Shown here one piece after another: positions 46,254 through 56,200 of a stretch of DNA of 64,000 bases (position 1 is its first letter; each line of letters starts with the position of its first letter). The stretch is taken from contig CAVTUQ010000004.1 of assembly GCA_963737905.1 (NCBI GenBank), positions 28,206 to 92,205 on the forward strand, written 5' to 3'. Both the position numbers and the translations under genes were made by a program. This DNA comes from an uncultured delta proteobacterium. Its GTDB lineage: Bacteria; Desulfobacterota; Binatia; UBA9968. The notes below the pieces were generated by a model, which was not told the DNA's origin, searched no databases, and saw nothing but the letters and a program-made list of their open reading frames with translations.

Positions 46254-47168
46254 ATGGAAAAATCATCCGAGAAAGAAATCACCACGGCGACTCTTACAGT
46301 TTTCGCCCTTATCGCCTTTGCCGCCAACTCGGTCTTATGCCGATTGGCGCTCGGCCAGTCGGCCATCGATCCTGCAAGTTACACGGCGGTCAGGCTGATC
46401 ACAGGAGCGGTCACTTTGTGGATCATCACTCGCTTCCTCCGGGCCGGATCCTTCGGGAAGTCCGGCGGCAGCTGGATTTCTGCAGCAATGCTTTTTCTAT
46501 ATGCGGTAACCTTTTCTTTCGCCTACCTAAGCTTGAGCGCGGGAACTGGCGCGTTGATTCTATTCGCAGCGGTGCAAATTACGATGATCGCGGTTGGCCT
46601 CTATGCGGGCGAAAGACCGGAGCTATTGGAGTGGCTGGGATTATTCATCGCCATTGCTGGCCTGATTTATTTAGTGTTTCCCGGGATCACCGCCCCGTCC
46701 ATCCTCGGATCGCTACTCATGGCCACCGCCGGCATCGCCTGGGGTGTTTACTCTCTCAGAGGCCGAGGAGCCAGTGATCCTGTCAGTGTCACCACGGACA
46801 ATTTTCTACGCACAGTGCCCTTGGCCCTCGGTCTCATCTTGTTATGGCTATCGACGCTGACTATAACCCCGATGGGTTTTCTCTGGGCAGCCCTATCCGG
46901 ATCCATCACGTCGGGAGTCGGCTATGTCCTATGGTATGCGGCGCTGCCTCGCCTGACAGCGACACGGGCGGCCACGGTCCAGCTAGCACCGGCACCGCTA
47001 GCAGCACTTGGCGGAGTTGTCGTTTTATCTGAAGCGATTAGTCTGCGTCTGGTGATATCGTCTGTGGTGATTCTGGGTGGGGTCGGCCTGGCGGCTTCCC
47101 GCCGCACGTCCGTTTCCAAGCGGCCAGAGTCTTTAACCGCTGTCGTACAGACTTCCATCAGAGACTAA
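46254..47168 (+). CDS. EamA/DMT-family transporter
   Basis: 304 aa, 10 hydrophobic segments, two EamA-like halves. Confidence 0.8.
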   Translation: MEKSSEKEITTATLTVFALIAFAANSVLCRLALGQSAIDPASYTAVRLITGAVTLWIITRFLRAGSFGKSGGSWISAAMLFLYAVTFSFAYLSLSAGTGALILFAAVQITMIAVGLYAGERPELLEWLGLFIAIAGLIYLVFPGITAPSILGSLLMATAGIAWGVYSLRGRGASDPVSVTTDNFLRTVPLALGLILLWLSTLTITPMGFLWAALSGSITSGVGYVLWYAALPRLTATRAATVQLAPAPLAALGGVVVLSEAISLRLVISSVVILGGVGLAASRRTSVSKRPESLTAVVQTSIRD

Positions 47169-47328
47169 AAGCGACTTAAGATCTCACAGCAAACAGAATT
47201 TTTCGTTGCCGAAGTTCTTTAATCGACACGCGGCACATTCTGTATGTTTCACATGTTTCTCGGCGTCCACGTCCGACCGTGGATGCTCAACTCATTTTTG
47301 AACTGGGAGTGAGATCTCAGATGATGAC

Positions 47329-47778
47329 TCATGCGAGGCGGACAACGATCACCCCCATCACTACCATGCAAACCAGTTGTGTAAAAAAGAAAATAAACCT
47401 CAGGGTTACTGCGAAGTTGGTAGGCGTGAGGGCGATATGGACGATGGTCTGGCAAACGCGGGCCGCCAGCAATAGGATCGCCAACCGATCCAGCGTAACG
47501 CTCCGGATGCCGGTCGCGACAATGGCCACCACCACCGCCGTGTAGAGTGGCAGGTTCTCCAGACAGTTGGCATGAGCGCGCATGGCCCGCTGGTACCAAT
47601 CGCTTCCATGTGGCTCGTCGGCCGGAAATTCCTTAATCGCTGCTCGTCCCGTCAAAATCCGACTCCATCGATACCAGCCGATGGTGCTCAGAAGCGTGAT
47701 TGCAGTCCACGTCGCAAAACCCAACAAGACCCAGATCGGGATTGACACGAATCCAACCCTCTGCTTGAACTGGGCCAA
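47329..47778 (-). CDS. MAPEG-family membrane protein
   Basis: 149 aa, 4 TM segments. RAHANCLENLPLY is a motif typical of MAPEG. Confidence 0.65.
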   Translation of the reverse strand: MAQFKQRVGFVSIPIWVLLGFATWTAITLLSTIGWYRWSRILTGRAAIKEFPADEPHGSDWYQRAMRAHANCLENLPLYTAVVVAIVATGIRSVTLDRLAILLLAARVCQTIVHIALTPTNFAVTLRFIFFFTQLVCMVVMGVIVVRLA

Positions 47779-47907
47779 AATTCTTTCGCCGCACGTGCGG
47801 TGGCCATGAGACCTGGCGCTCAGGAGTCAATGCTTCGACAATCTGGACCGGTGGGTCTATGCAGACAAAATCTACTAGGAGTTCACACCTCCGGCCAATT
47901 AGACGGC

Positions 47908-47940
47908 TTGAACGACTGCAACGTTTGGAACGGCTGGAAC
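47908..47940. repeat. tandem nonamer array ggcTTGAAC gacTGCAAC gttTGGAAC ggcTGGAAC
   Basis: Hexamers start at 47908, 47917, 47926, 47935. Same unit order as 24575-24607. Ends 15 nt from the stop of the gene at 47956. Confidence 0.75.
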
Positions 47941-47955
47941 TGTCCCGAGTCGGCC

Positions 47956-49704
47956 TCACACCATCTGCATGTACACATCGACCAGGGCCGGTCGTTTTTC
48001 TTCTTTGATGACCTTGATCGCCCGTTCCACCGCCGGGCGAATCTTCTCCGGTTCGGTGATCGGCCCCTCGCCGTGAACGCTAAAGGTGCGGGCCAAGTTG
48101 GCAAAGTCCACCGGGGGCTTGGCCATTTCCATACCCACGAGTTTGTTCTCCACCGGCCGGCCGCGGTGGATCGCGACCTTTTCCTGATGCTCCACGTCGT
48201 TGTAATAAACCCGATTGTTGGTCATTACCGTCAACAAAGGCACTCCGGTGTTGGCCGCAGTCCACAGGGCGCTCGGTGTGTACAGCATCTCGCCGTCGCG
48301 CTGCAAATTGACGCAGATCTTGCCCGTGCCCCGATAGGGTAGCGACGCGCCGACGGACGCGGCGGGACCGTAGCCTAATCCGCCACCGCCATAGCCGCCG
48401 AGAAAAAGGCCGGGTTTATCCCAAGTCCAGAGACGGCTCGGCCAGCCGCGAAAAGCCCCGGCGACCAGCAGCCAGTCTTCCTTCTTGAGCGCTTCCCAAA
48501 TTTCGTAGGCCAAGCGCGGCGGCGCGATGGGCCGCTCGTCCCAACGCTTTTTGAGATCCGCTTGCCAGCGCGCGTGAACTTCCTCGTGCTGCCCCGTCAT
48601 CGCCTTGCGCCGGTCATCGACGACGCTGTTGGAAAATTTGCCCTGCTTTTTGATTTCTTCAGCCAAAGCCGGGAGAAAAACTCTCGTGTTCGCGACGATG
48701 GGCAGATCCACCGGCGCCAGTTGTTGAAAATCGCTGGTCCAACTCCGCACCGAGAGATCGTTGAGCGTCACGTTGATCACCTTGCAGCCGGGCTTGGTCG
48801 CAGGGGCGGTCGCGTGGGTCGCGGGGTCCTGCTTGACCAGAGCGCCGAATAGATCGGTCATGTCTAGCCCCATGATGACGTCGGCGTTGGCGATCAGCTC
48901 GCGGTTCTTGCCGGTAAGATTCAACGAATGCGTGTTGGGAAAATTCATGCGCGCGCCGAAATCGATGACCGGGATCGACAACAGATCGGCGAGCGCCACC
49001 AGGCTCATCACCGCGTCGTTATTCCGGCCCACGTAATCAGCGAGGATCACCGGATTCTGCGCCGTCGACAATAGTCGCGCTGCTTCTTTGATCGCATCGT
49101 AGTCCGCTTGCAGCGGCGCCGGGGGACGGAAGCGGCTCGGATCGGGCAGCGGGATCTCTTTTTCGATCGCGGCCTCCTGATCGGTGACATCGAAGCAGAG
49201 ATAGACCGGCCCGCCCGGGTCGCTCATGGCGATGCGATAGCCTCGCATGATCGAGGACGGAAACGCTTCGACGCCCACGGGTTGGTCGTCCCACTTGACG
49301 AAGTCGCGCACCAGATTACCCTGCACCTGCGCCGTATGGATCCAGTCGATCCACGGGCGGCGTTTACTCGAATTCATCGGCCCTGTGCCGCCCATGACCA
49401 TCACCGGCGTGTGGTCGCACCAGGCGTTGTAGATCGCCATGGAAGCGTGCTGCAGGCCGACCACGTTGTGGACGATGGCGGGCATGATCTTACCCGTCGC
49501 TTTGGCGTAACCATGCGCCACCGCGACGGCGATCTCTTCGTGACAGCAGAGAATCATCTCCGGATTGGGTTGTCGGCCGCTCTCATAATTCACTAGAGAA
49601 TCGTGAATTCCGCGAAAGCTCGACCCCGGGTTGAGTGCGACGTATTCAATGCCAAGGATTTTCAACAGATCAACGACGAGATCCGATCCATAACGCGCTG
49701 CCAT
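47956..49704 (-). CDS. thiamine-diphosphate-dependent enzyme (acetolactate synthase / benzoylformate decarboxylase-like)
   Basis: 582 aa. N-terminal Pyr domain (LNPGSSFRGIHDS...CCHEEIAVAVAHGYAK), C-terminal PP domain (GGGGLGYGPAASVGA...TNNRVYYN). Confidence 0.85.
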   Translation of the reverse strand: MAARYGSDLVVDLLKILGIEYVALNPGSSFRGIHDSLVNYESGRQPNPEMILCCHEEIAVAVAHGYAKATGKIMPAIVHNVVGLQHASMAIYNAWCDHTPVMVMGGTGPMNSSKRRPWIDWIHTAQVQGNLVRDFVKWDDQPVGVEAFPSSIMRGYRIAMSDPGGPVYLCFDVTDQEAAIEKEIPLPDPSRFRPPAPLQADYDAIKEAARLLSTAQNPVILADYVGRNNDAVMSLVALADLLSIPVIDFGARMNFPNTHSLNLTGKNRELIANADVIMGLDMTDLFGALVKQDPATHATAPATKPGCKVINVTLNDLSVRSWTSDFQQLAPVDLPIVANTRVFLPALAEEIKKQGKFSNSVVDDRRKAMTGQHEEVHARWQADLKKRWDERPIAPPRLAYEIWEALKKEDWLLVAGAFRGWPSRLWTWDKPGLFLGGYGGGGLGYGPAASVGASLPYRGTGKICVNLQRDGEMLYTPSALWTAANTGVPLLTVMTNNRVYYNDVEHQEKVAIHRGRPVENKLVGMEMAKPPVDFANLARTFSVHGEGPITEPEKIRPAVERAIKVIKEEKRPALVDVYMQMV

Positions 49705-49784
49705 AAATACCTCCTCGACGATTATTGACTTGAACAGCGACCGAGGACCGAGTCCCCTTCGCTAATGGGCAATGCGCCTCTACA

Positions 49785-49867
49785 GTTCAAAGTTCAAGGT
49801 TCAAAGGGGGAGGGGGGATAAATACCTTGAACCTGGAACGTTGAACTTTTGAACGGCCCTTTGGGCC
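49785..49867. repeat. inverted array: 3 x GTTCAA (7-bp phase), G-rich spacer, 4 x T(T/G)GAAC, plus GGCCC-TTT-GGGCC hairpin abutting the stop
   Basis: GTTCAA at 49785, 49792, 49799. TTGAAC/TGGAAC at 49827, 49834, 49841, 49849. Hairpin at 49855-49867. Stop codon at 49868-49870. Confidence 0.75.
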
Positions 49868-50956
49868 CTAGTGAACGGTGGCCGACTGAGACGCCGCCTG
49901 TAACGGCTGTGGAATTTCCATGTCGTAGAGCTTTGCCACGTTGGTGCAAACAAGTTTCCTGCGCACGTCTGCCGGCAAGTGCCCCAGGTCGCGATCGATA
50001 TATTTTTTCGACTCCGGCCATGTGGAATTCCCGTGGGGATAATCGTTGGACCACATACAGTTGTCCTGACCCCACCATTCGAAACTATGGCCCGCCGCGG
50101 TGTCGCGGAAGAACGTCCCATAGACCTGTCGGTTGAAATATTCGCTGGGGTTTTTCGTGATCGGCGGAGGATTCACGCCTTTGAACCTGTTGTAATAATA
50201 ATCCCACTGCTGGAGCATGAACGGCATCCATCCGATCTCATTCTCGACGCTGACGAACCTGAGCTTGGGATATCGATCCAAGACTCCGTAGAAAATCAGT
50301 TCAAAAAACGCATCGATGATTTCCTTGAGCTTCAGATTCACGCTGCCCCGATAGGCCTCGACGCCTGTTCGCTTGTTACCGAACACGGTTTCCTTGTGGT
50401 AGCCATGCCCGGTGAGGATATGCAGATTCACCGGCATGTTGAGATCCTGGGAAGCCGCCCAGAACTTATTGTAATGCTCCGAATGAAACGGTAGGTCCGG
50501 ATGTGGCGCCTGCCAGATGATCGATCCCTTGAGACCGGCCTTCGCGCAACGCTCCAGCTCCTTTACCGCCGCGTCGATGTCATAAACCGAGATCGCGCCG
50601 ATACCAATCAAACGATTGGGAGCAACCTTACAATACTCAAACAACCAATCGTTGTACGCTCGGAAACAGGCCTCTTGAAGCTTCGCGTCGTCCATGGCGA
50701 AGTGCGGCAGCAGGTTGGTCGGGTAAAGCACCTCGGCGCTGAGCCCGTCGGTTTCCATCTCCTTGATTCGGCAATTTGGATCCGACCCACCTGGATGCGT
50801 CTGAAAGCTTTCTCCCACTTTGAGCTGGGGAAAAACCGGAGCTTGTTCTCGGAACGACGGCGCAACTCGCTCCTTCACGGTGTTGGGTGGTTCCATCACG
50901 TGGGAGTCCGAAGAAATCAGCACCTCACAACCTGCATTATTTCCATTGCCAGCCAT
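49868..50956 (-). CDS. amidohydrolase_2 family protein (ACMSD-like decarboxylase/hydrolase)
   Basis: 362 aa. SSDSHVMEP metal motif, NLHILTGHG, SNDYPHGNSTWP. Confidence 0.75.
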   Translation of the reverse strand: MAGNGNNAGCEVLISSDSHVMEPPNTVKERVAPSFREQAPVFPQLKVGESFQTHPGGSDPNCRIKEMETDGLSAEVLYPTNLLPHFAMDDAKLQEACFRAYNDWLFEYCKVAPNRLIGIGAISVYDIDAAVKELERCAKAGLKGSIIWQAPHPDLPFHSEHYNKFWAASQDLNMPVNLHILTGHGYHKETVFGNKRTGVEAYRGSVNLKLKEIIDAFFELIFYGVLDRYPKLRFVSVENEIGWMPFMLQQWDYYYNRFKGVNPPPITKNPSEYFNRQVYGTFFRDTAAGHSFEWWGQDNCMWSNDYPHGNSTWPESKKYIDRDLGHLPADVRRKLVCTNVAKLYDMEIPQPLQAASQSATVH

Positions 50957-51156
50957 AAAATCTTCCTCCTTTAGCCATATGTATATGGTTACCTATTCAT
51001 TAACCGCAAAAAACTCAAAGTTCGCAAAGTTTTCGAAAAAACTTCTCTTTGTGTTTTATGCGTTCTTTGCGGTCAAGTTTCTCCTCAATCCTAGCGACTA
51101 TTGCAGGTCTACCACCACAGACCTCAACGGGTCAACCGGGCGCGAGCACGCTCACA

Positions 51157-51217
51157 GTTTCGAGTCTCGCGTTTCGAGTTTCGTGTTTTAAACCCGAGAC
51201 TAGAAACCCGAAACACG
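51157..51217. repeat. inverted array of GTTTCGA heptamer-like units
   Basis: Left arm GTTTCGAGTCTCGCGTTTCGAGTTTCGTGTTTT, right arm AAACCCGAGACTAGAAACCCGAAACACG. Related GTTTCGA units at 58263-58297. Confidence 0.65.
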
Positions 51218-51220
51218 GAA

Positions 51221-51248
51221 CTGAAAAGGCCGAGCCAGGCCTTTTCAG
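51221..51248. terminator. bidirectional hairpin CTGAAAAGGCC-GAGCCA-GGCCTTTTCAG overlapping the stop codon at 51245
   Basis: Perfect 11-bp stem, 6-nt loop, with A-run and T-run built into the stem flanks. Confidence 0.5.
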
Positions 51249-52239
51249 AAGAGCCCTTCTTTTTCCAACTTCCGCGCGATGCGCTCGTCGATGACATCTT
51301 CGGCTTTGAGCTTGCGAATCTGCTCGTTGCTTCTGCCGAGAATACGGATCACGTTGCGCAGGCCATCGACGTTGGCATAAATCCGCCGGTCGTAAAGGAC
51401 CTTCATCATGTCATAGCCCGCCTCCGCGTCTTCTACCTTTGACAAGCGCAAGGTGCGCATCAAGCTCCGGATAACCGTAGGTTTGTTTTCAGGAGTATTG
51501 ATGAATTTAATGGTCTCGATCATCGCTCTAAGGTAGCGCTCTACGGTGTCGGGCGAGCGGTCGACAAAGCTCCGCCGCGCCATGATGCCCAGACCCTGAA
51601 ACGGGATGCCGAGCGTGAGAAGATCGGCCAGAACGCGGAAACCCTGCCGCTCTAGTTGAGCCCCAAACGCATAACCGAGATACGCCCCATCGATAATGCC
51701 GCCGGTTGCAAGCGCTTGAGCCATAACCCCCTGATCGCCGATGATCCGAAACTGAATGTTGTCACGCTCCGGATTGATCCCCCAGTGATCAAAAGCCAGC
51801 ATGCTGAACATCCACACGCCCCCGCCGATACTTTGGACGCCGATCCTTTTGCCCTTGAGATCCGCCGGCGTCTTGATATTGGGAGCGACCACGAACGTGC
51901 CATCGAGCTTGTTAATCAAACCTGCGACGAAGACCAAGTCGAGTCCGCCGGCCATCGCGCCGATGGATGCACCCGTAGCCGAACCGCCGTGAAATTGCGT
52001 CTCTCCGGCAGCGAGCGCCGACAAGCCGACCGCGCCGCTCCGCACGTTGACGACTTGAGCATCCAGACCATACTTTTGAAAAATCCCCGCATCTTTAGCC
52101 ACAAAAAGCACGCCACTGCGCTCGTTCAACCCGCCATAAGTGACGACGATCTTTGTCGGCGCCGAAGCGGCAAAACGGCAGGAGAAAAGCCCAGTGTCAA
52201 AACTAGAACGATCAAACAACATCGCATCCGATACTCCAT
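51245..52239 (-). pseudogene. NMT1/THI5-like solute-binding protein, signal peptide out of frame with mature domain
   Basis: ATG 52239 follows AAGAGGAG and encodes MEYRMRCCLIVLVLTLGFSPAVLP... The homologous mature domain (...ASAPTKIVVTYGG...) is in another frame. Junction about 52165-52175. Confidence 0.6.
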
Positions 52240-52457
52240 CACTTTATTATCTCCTCTTTCCCATCGACGACTTCTTGTACTCCGTGCACATCTCGGATTG
52301 CAAGCGCATCGGTTTATGACTTCTGTTCGCTTCAGGTCGCCGGAGCCCTCTATGAAATCCGGTCGAGCCGGGGTAAACCCGGCACCCGGAGCAAGTCTTG
52401 ACGCGCGCTTTCAATTGACCATAATGGTCAAGTAGGACAAACCAGAAAGGAATATCT

Positions 52458-52748
52458 ATGAAGACTACAACCGTCTCAAAACTCAAGGCTTCTCTCAGTG
52501 AGTATCTACGATCGGTCAAGGCAGGCGAAGAAGTCCTAGTCACTGAACGCGGGCGCCCTATTGCCAAGCTCACTCCGGTCGCAAGTTCCGACATTCTGCC
52601 TGATCACTTGGTCGAAATGGAAAAACAGGGTTTCATCAAAATCGGCTCAGGAAAGTTGCCGAAGGGTTTTTGGGATCTTCCGCGGCCCAAAGATCCTAAG
52701 GGGTTGGTTCTCAAGACTGCTTTACGGGAACGGGAGGAGGGCTGGTGA
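52458..52748 (+). CDS. Phd/YefM-type antitoxin
   Basis: 96 aa. MKTTTVSKLKASLSEYLRSVKAGEEVLVTERGRPIAKL is typical of Phd/YefM. 4-nt overlap (GTGA) with the PIN gene. Confidence 0.8.
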   Translation: MKTTTVSKLKASLSEYLRSVKAGEEVLVTERGRPIAKLTPVASSDILPDHLVEMEKQGFIKIGSGKLPKGFWDLPRPKDPKGLVLKTALREREEGW

Positions 52749-53177
52749 AATTCTGGGACACATCCGCGGTTGTCCCTCTGTGCGTAATCGAGCCCATTAC
52801 CGGAACCGTTAAATCAATTCTCACTGGAGACCCTTCGCTCGTCGTTTGGTGGGCAACGAGGACTGAATGTGTCTCAGCCCTCAACCGGCAAACCCGAGAA
52901 GGCAGCTTGCGTATCGAGGACGAACACCAGGCACATCACGTACTAAGGCAACTTGCGGACGCCTGGACCGAGGTTCAACCGAGCGAAATTAATCGTGGGA
53001 CCGCAGAGCGGCTACTTGCGTGCATGCTCTCAGAGCTGCAGATGCTTTTCAGTTAGCGCCGCTTTGCATTGGTGTCAAAGACAGCCGGTGAACAGAGAGC
53101 TGGTCTCCTTCGACACCCGGTTGCGAAACGCGGCATACAAAGAAGGATTCACGCTCCGTCCCGCCCAGATTCACTGA
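52745..53177 (+). pseudogene. vapC: PIN-domain toxin, two frameshifts
   Basis: MKFWDTSAVVPL (PIN Asp). Frames change at about 53018 and about 53055: ...AERLL / VHALRAADAFQLA / AALHWCQRQPVNRELVSFDTRLRNAAYKEGF. Confidence 0.7.
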
Positions 53178-53243
53178 GCAGTATACGTGAAGGCACCGCG
53201 CGGAAAATCTTCGTCCGGGTTTCTGGATGCTCGATGTAACCGA

Positions 53244-56200
53244 TTATGTAAGTTCCTCCAGTAATGCTTTTGCCTCTTTCAAGTCGGCCGTGTCAAACCC
53301 TTCAGTAAACCAGCCGTAAATATCACCTAGCAATTTTCGCGCTTTTCCTGTCTTACCTTGCTTCTGCCACAGCCGACTCATGCTCATCGCTGCCCGTAAC
53401 TCCAACGACTTCGCTTGCTGTCGGCGTGAAATCTCGATAGCCTCCGAAAAACTCTCCTCTGCAGAACGGTGAACGAACTCCGCTTTCTGCATTCCAGGCT
53501 CTGCATTCAAAAGAAGCTCGCCTTTCAGCCGATGTAGCTCTGCCTCGTAATACCACCCTCCGTTTTTGTGCGACCAAGCTACTTCGGACAGCACAGTCAA
53601 TCCCTCCTCTGCCTTCTTCACTTTCCCATAAATCTTCGCTAGGAGAACCAGATAATGCGACCGGGCCACTTCTGCGCCTGTGGTCTTATAGGCGAGCAGA
53701 CCCTGGCACATTTGTGCAACGCCTTTCTCTGCTGTTTGTCCTTCATCGGCCAGTGCCCAACCGCGTAGGATGGTTCCCTGCGTAAACCAGTAAGGGAACC
53801 CATACTTGCTTGCGAGCGCCAGGAGTGCCTCCGCTCGCTCTTGGACTGCTTCACGCTCTCGACGGAATTCATGGAGCCAGGCAGCATAGCCCAGGGCCTC
53901 AGCTAAGGTTAGGGGATGAGACAATTCCTCGGCGAGAGCTAGCGCGTCTTGACTTCTCTTCAGGGCCCGGTCCGGATAGCCAAGCAACCACAGCGCCAAG
54001 GCTCCAAAGTCCCTGCAGCACACCCCGGGGTCGTGCCCACCATAGAGAAAGGCCAGGACGCGGTGCTGTGGGGAATCATACAGATCAATCCCATGTTCCG
54101 AGTGTGCTCTGGCTAGAGTCAACTCTCCAATAAAGAACGAGTTGGCCCACATCGCGTGATGGGCTTCGAGGAGAAGACCGGCGTCACGCAGGTGCTGAGC
54201 CAGACTAAAGAGTTGCGTGGCTAGATCTCTCGCTGTTTGCAACTCTCCCCGCTGTAGATGAAGTAGCCATAGTCCCCACAATACGGGGAAAAGCTGCGAG
54301 GTCTCGCCTACCTGTTGGCACAATTCCCGTGCCCGCAGGTACACGGGTTCGATTTCTGGCGCGCCGAAACCTTTGGTTGACTGGAGCGCCGGGCCAAGGG
54401 CGAGCAGCAGAGCGAGCTCTTGCTTTTCGCGTTCGTCACTTAACGGCAACGTCTCGACGACTTCCAACGCTCTCGTGAAATAGGCCACCGCCTCTAAGTT
54501 CGCCGAACGCGATAACGCCTTGGTCCCGGCTTCGCGGAGATACATAACCGCTTTGTCCCACACCTCTCCCCTGACGGCATGGTCAGCCAAGCGCTCCACT
54601 TGTTCGCCGAGTCTGTCCCGGTAAAGCTGCTCCGTTATTTCGACGATTCGCGTATGAAGCGCGCGCCGGCGATCTTGCAACAGCGTTCCGTAAGCAACCT
54701 CGTGTGTAAGGGCGTGCTTAAAGGTGTATTCGATATCCGGAAAGAGACTCGTCTCGTAAAGAAACTCCGCGGCCTGAAGCCGAATCAGTCCACGTCTGAC
54801 TTCTTCTTCGGACTGATCCGCGATGGCTTGAAGCAGCGCAAATGGAACGTCCTTGCCTATAACGGCCGCCGATTGAAGAAGACGTTTCTCATCTAGCGCA
54901 AGTCTATCAATCCGAGCGGCTAACACTGCCTGTACGGTTGCCGGTACCTGCGTGCTCTCAATCGGTCTGGCAAGACGATAATTTCCCCGCTCGCCCGCTA
55001 GCAGTTTGGTCTCCACTAATGTGCGAACGCTCTCCTCGATGAAAAAAGGGTTCCCTTCCGTTCGCTCGATCAATAGCTTTTTCAATGGCGCGAGGCTCGA
55101 ATCACTTCCCAAAAGTGCCTGGAGCAGTTCCTCCGCGCTTTCAGGCGGCAGAGGATCAATCCGGAGTTGGCTGTAATAGGTCTTGCTCCCCCAGCCGTGC
55201 TGGTACTCCGGCCGATAGTTGACCAACAGCAGAAGTCGCGCAGTCGGAAGACTCTCAATCAAGCTATCCAGGAAAGACTGGGTCTCCGAATCGATCCAGT
55301 GAAGATCTTCGATGACCAAGAGCAAAGGTTGGATTTGGCTCTCTCGTAGCAGCAAACGCTTGATTGCCTCTAGGGTGCGCTGGCGGCGCTGTGGAGGATC
55401 CGAGCTCTGCCACACTTGGTCCTCGAGCGTCAAGTCTAAGAGCGCCAGGAACGCAGGCAGTGTGGGCTCTAGAGACTTATCCAGTGTCAGGAGCTTCCCT
55501 GTAACTTTCTCGCGAATCTTCCGCACATCGTCTCGGTCTTCAATGGTGAAGTATGCCTTGAGCAGGTCGATCACTGGAAGATACGCAGTCGCTTTGCCGT
55601 AAGAGACCGAGCCGCTTTCAAGGATAAGCCAGTCCACGGTACGGCGAGAATGAGCGAACTCCCAGAACAGACGGGACTTGCCTACCCCCGGCTCACCGAC
55701 AAGGGCTACCACCTGGCCGTGGCCGCTGCCTGCCTTATCGAGAGCGCGGCGGAGAGTCTCAAGCTCAGTATCGCGTCCGACGAAGCGCGTGAAACCGCGC
55801 GCGGCTGCTGCTTGCAGCCGAGAACGTGTGGCTCCAACTCCAGTAACCTCATAAACTTCCACCGGCTCAGTTAGTCCCTTGACGTTGACCGGGCCAAGCG
55901 ACTTCACCTGCACATAGCCTTCGGCTAGTTGTAGTGTGTCCGCGGTCATCATGATCGACCCCGGCATCGCCATCTGTTCCATCCGTGCGGCCAAATGGGT
56001 GGTCTGCCCAACGGCCGTGTAATCCATCTTCAGGTCGCTGCCGATCGATCTGACTACGACTTCTCCAGAATTCACGCCAACTCGAATCTGAATCGGAATG
56101 CCCTCAGTTCTCTGAATGCTCTCTGCATACTTCTTCACCGACTCCTGCATCCTGAGCGCGGAGTAACAGGCTCGCACTGCATGATCTTCATTCGCGAGCG

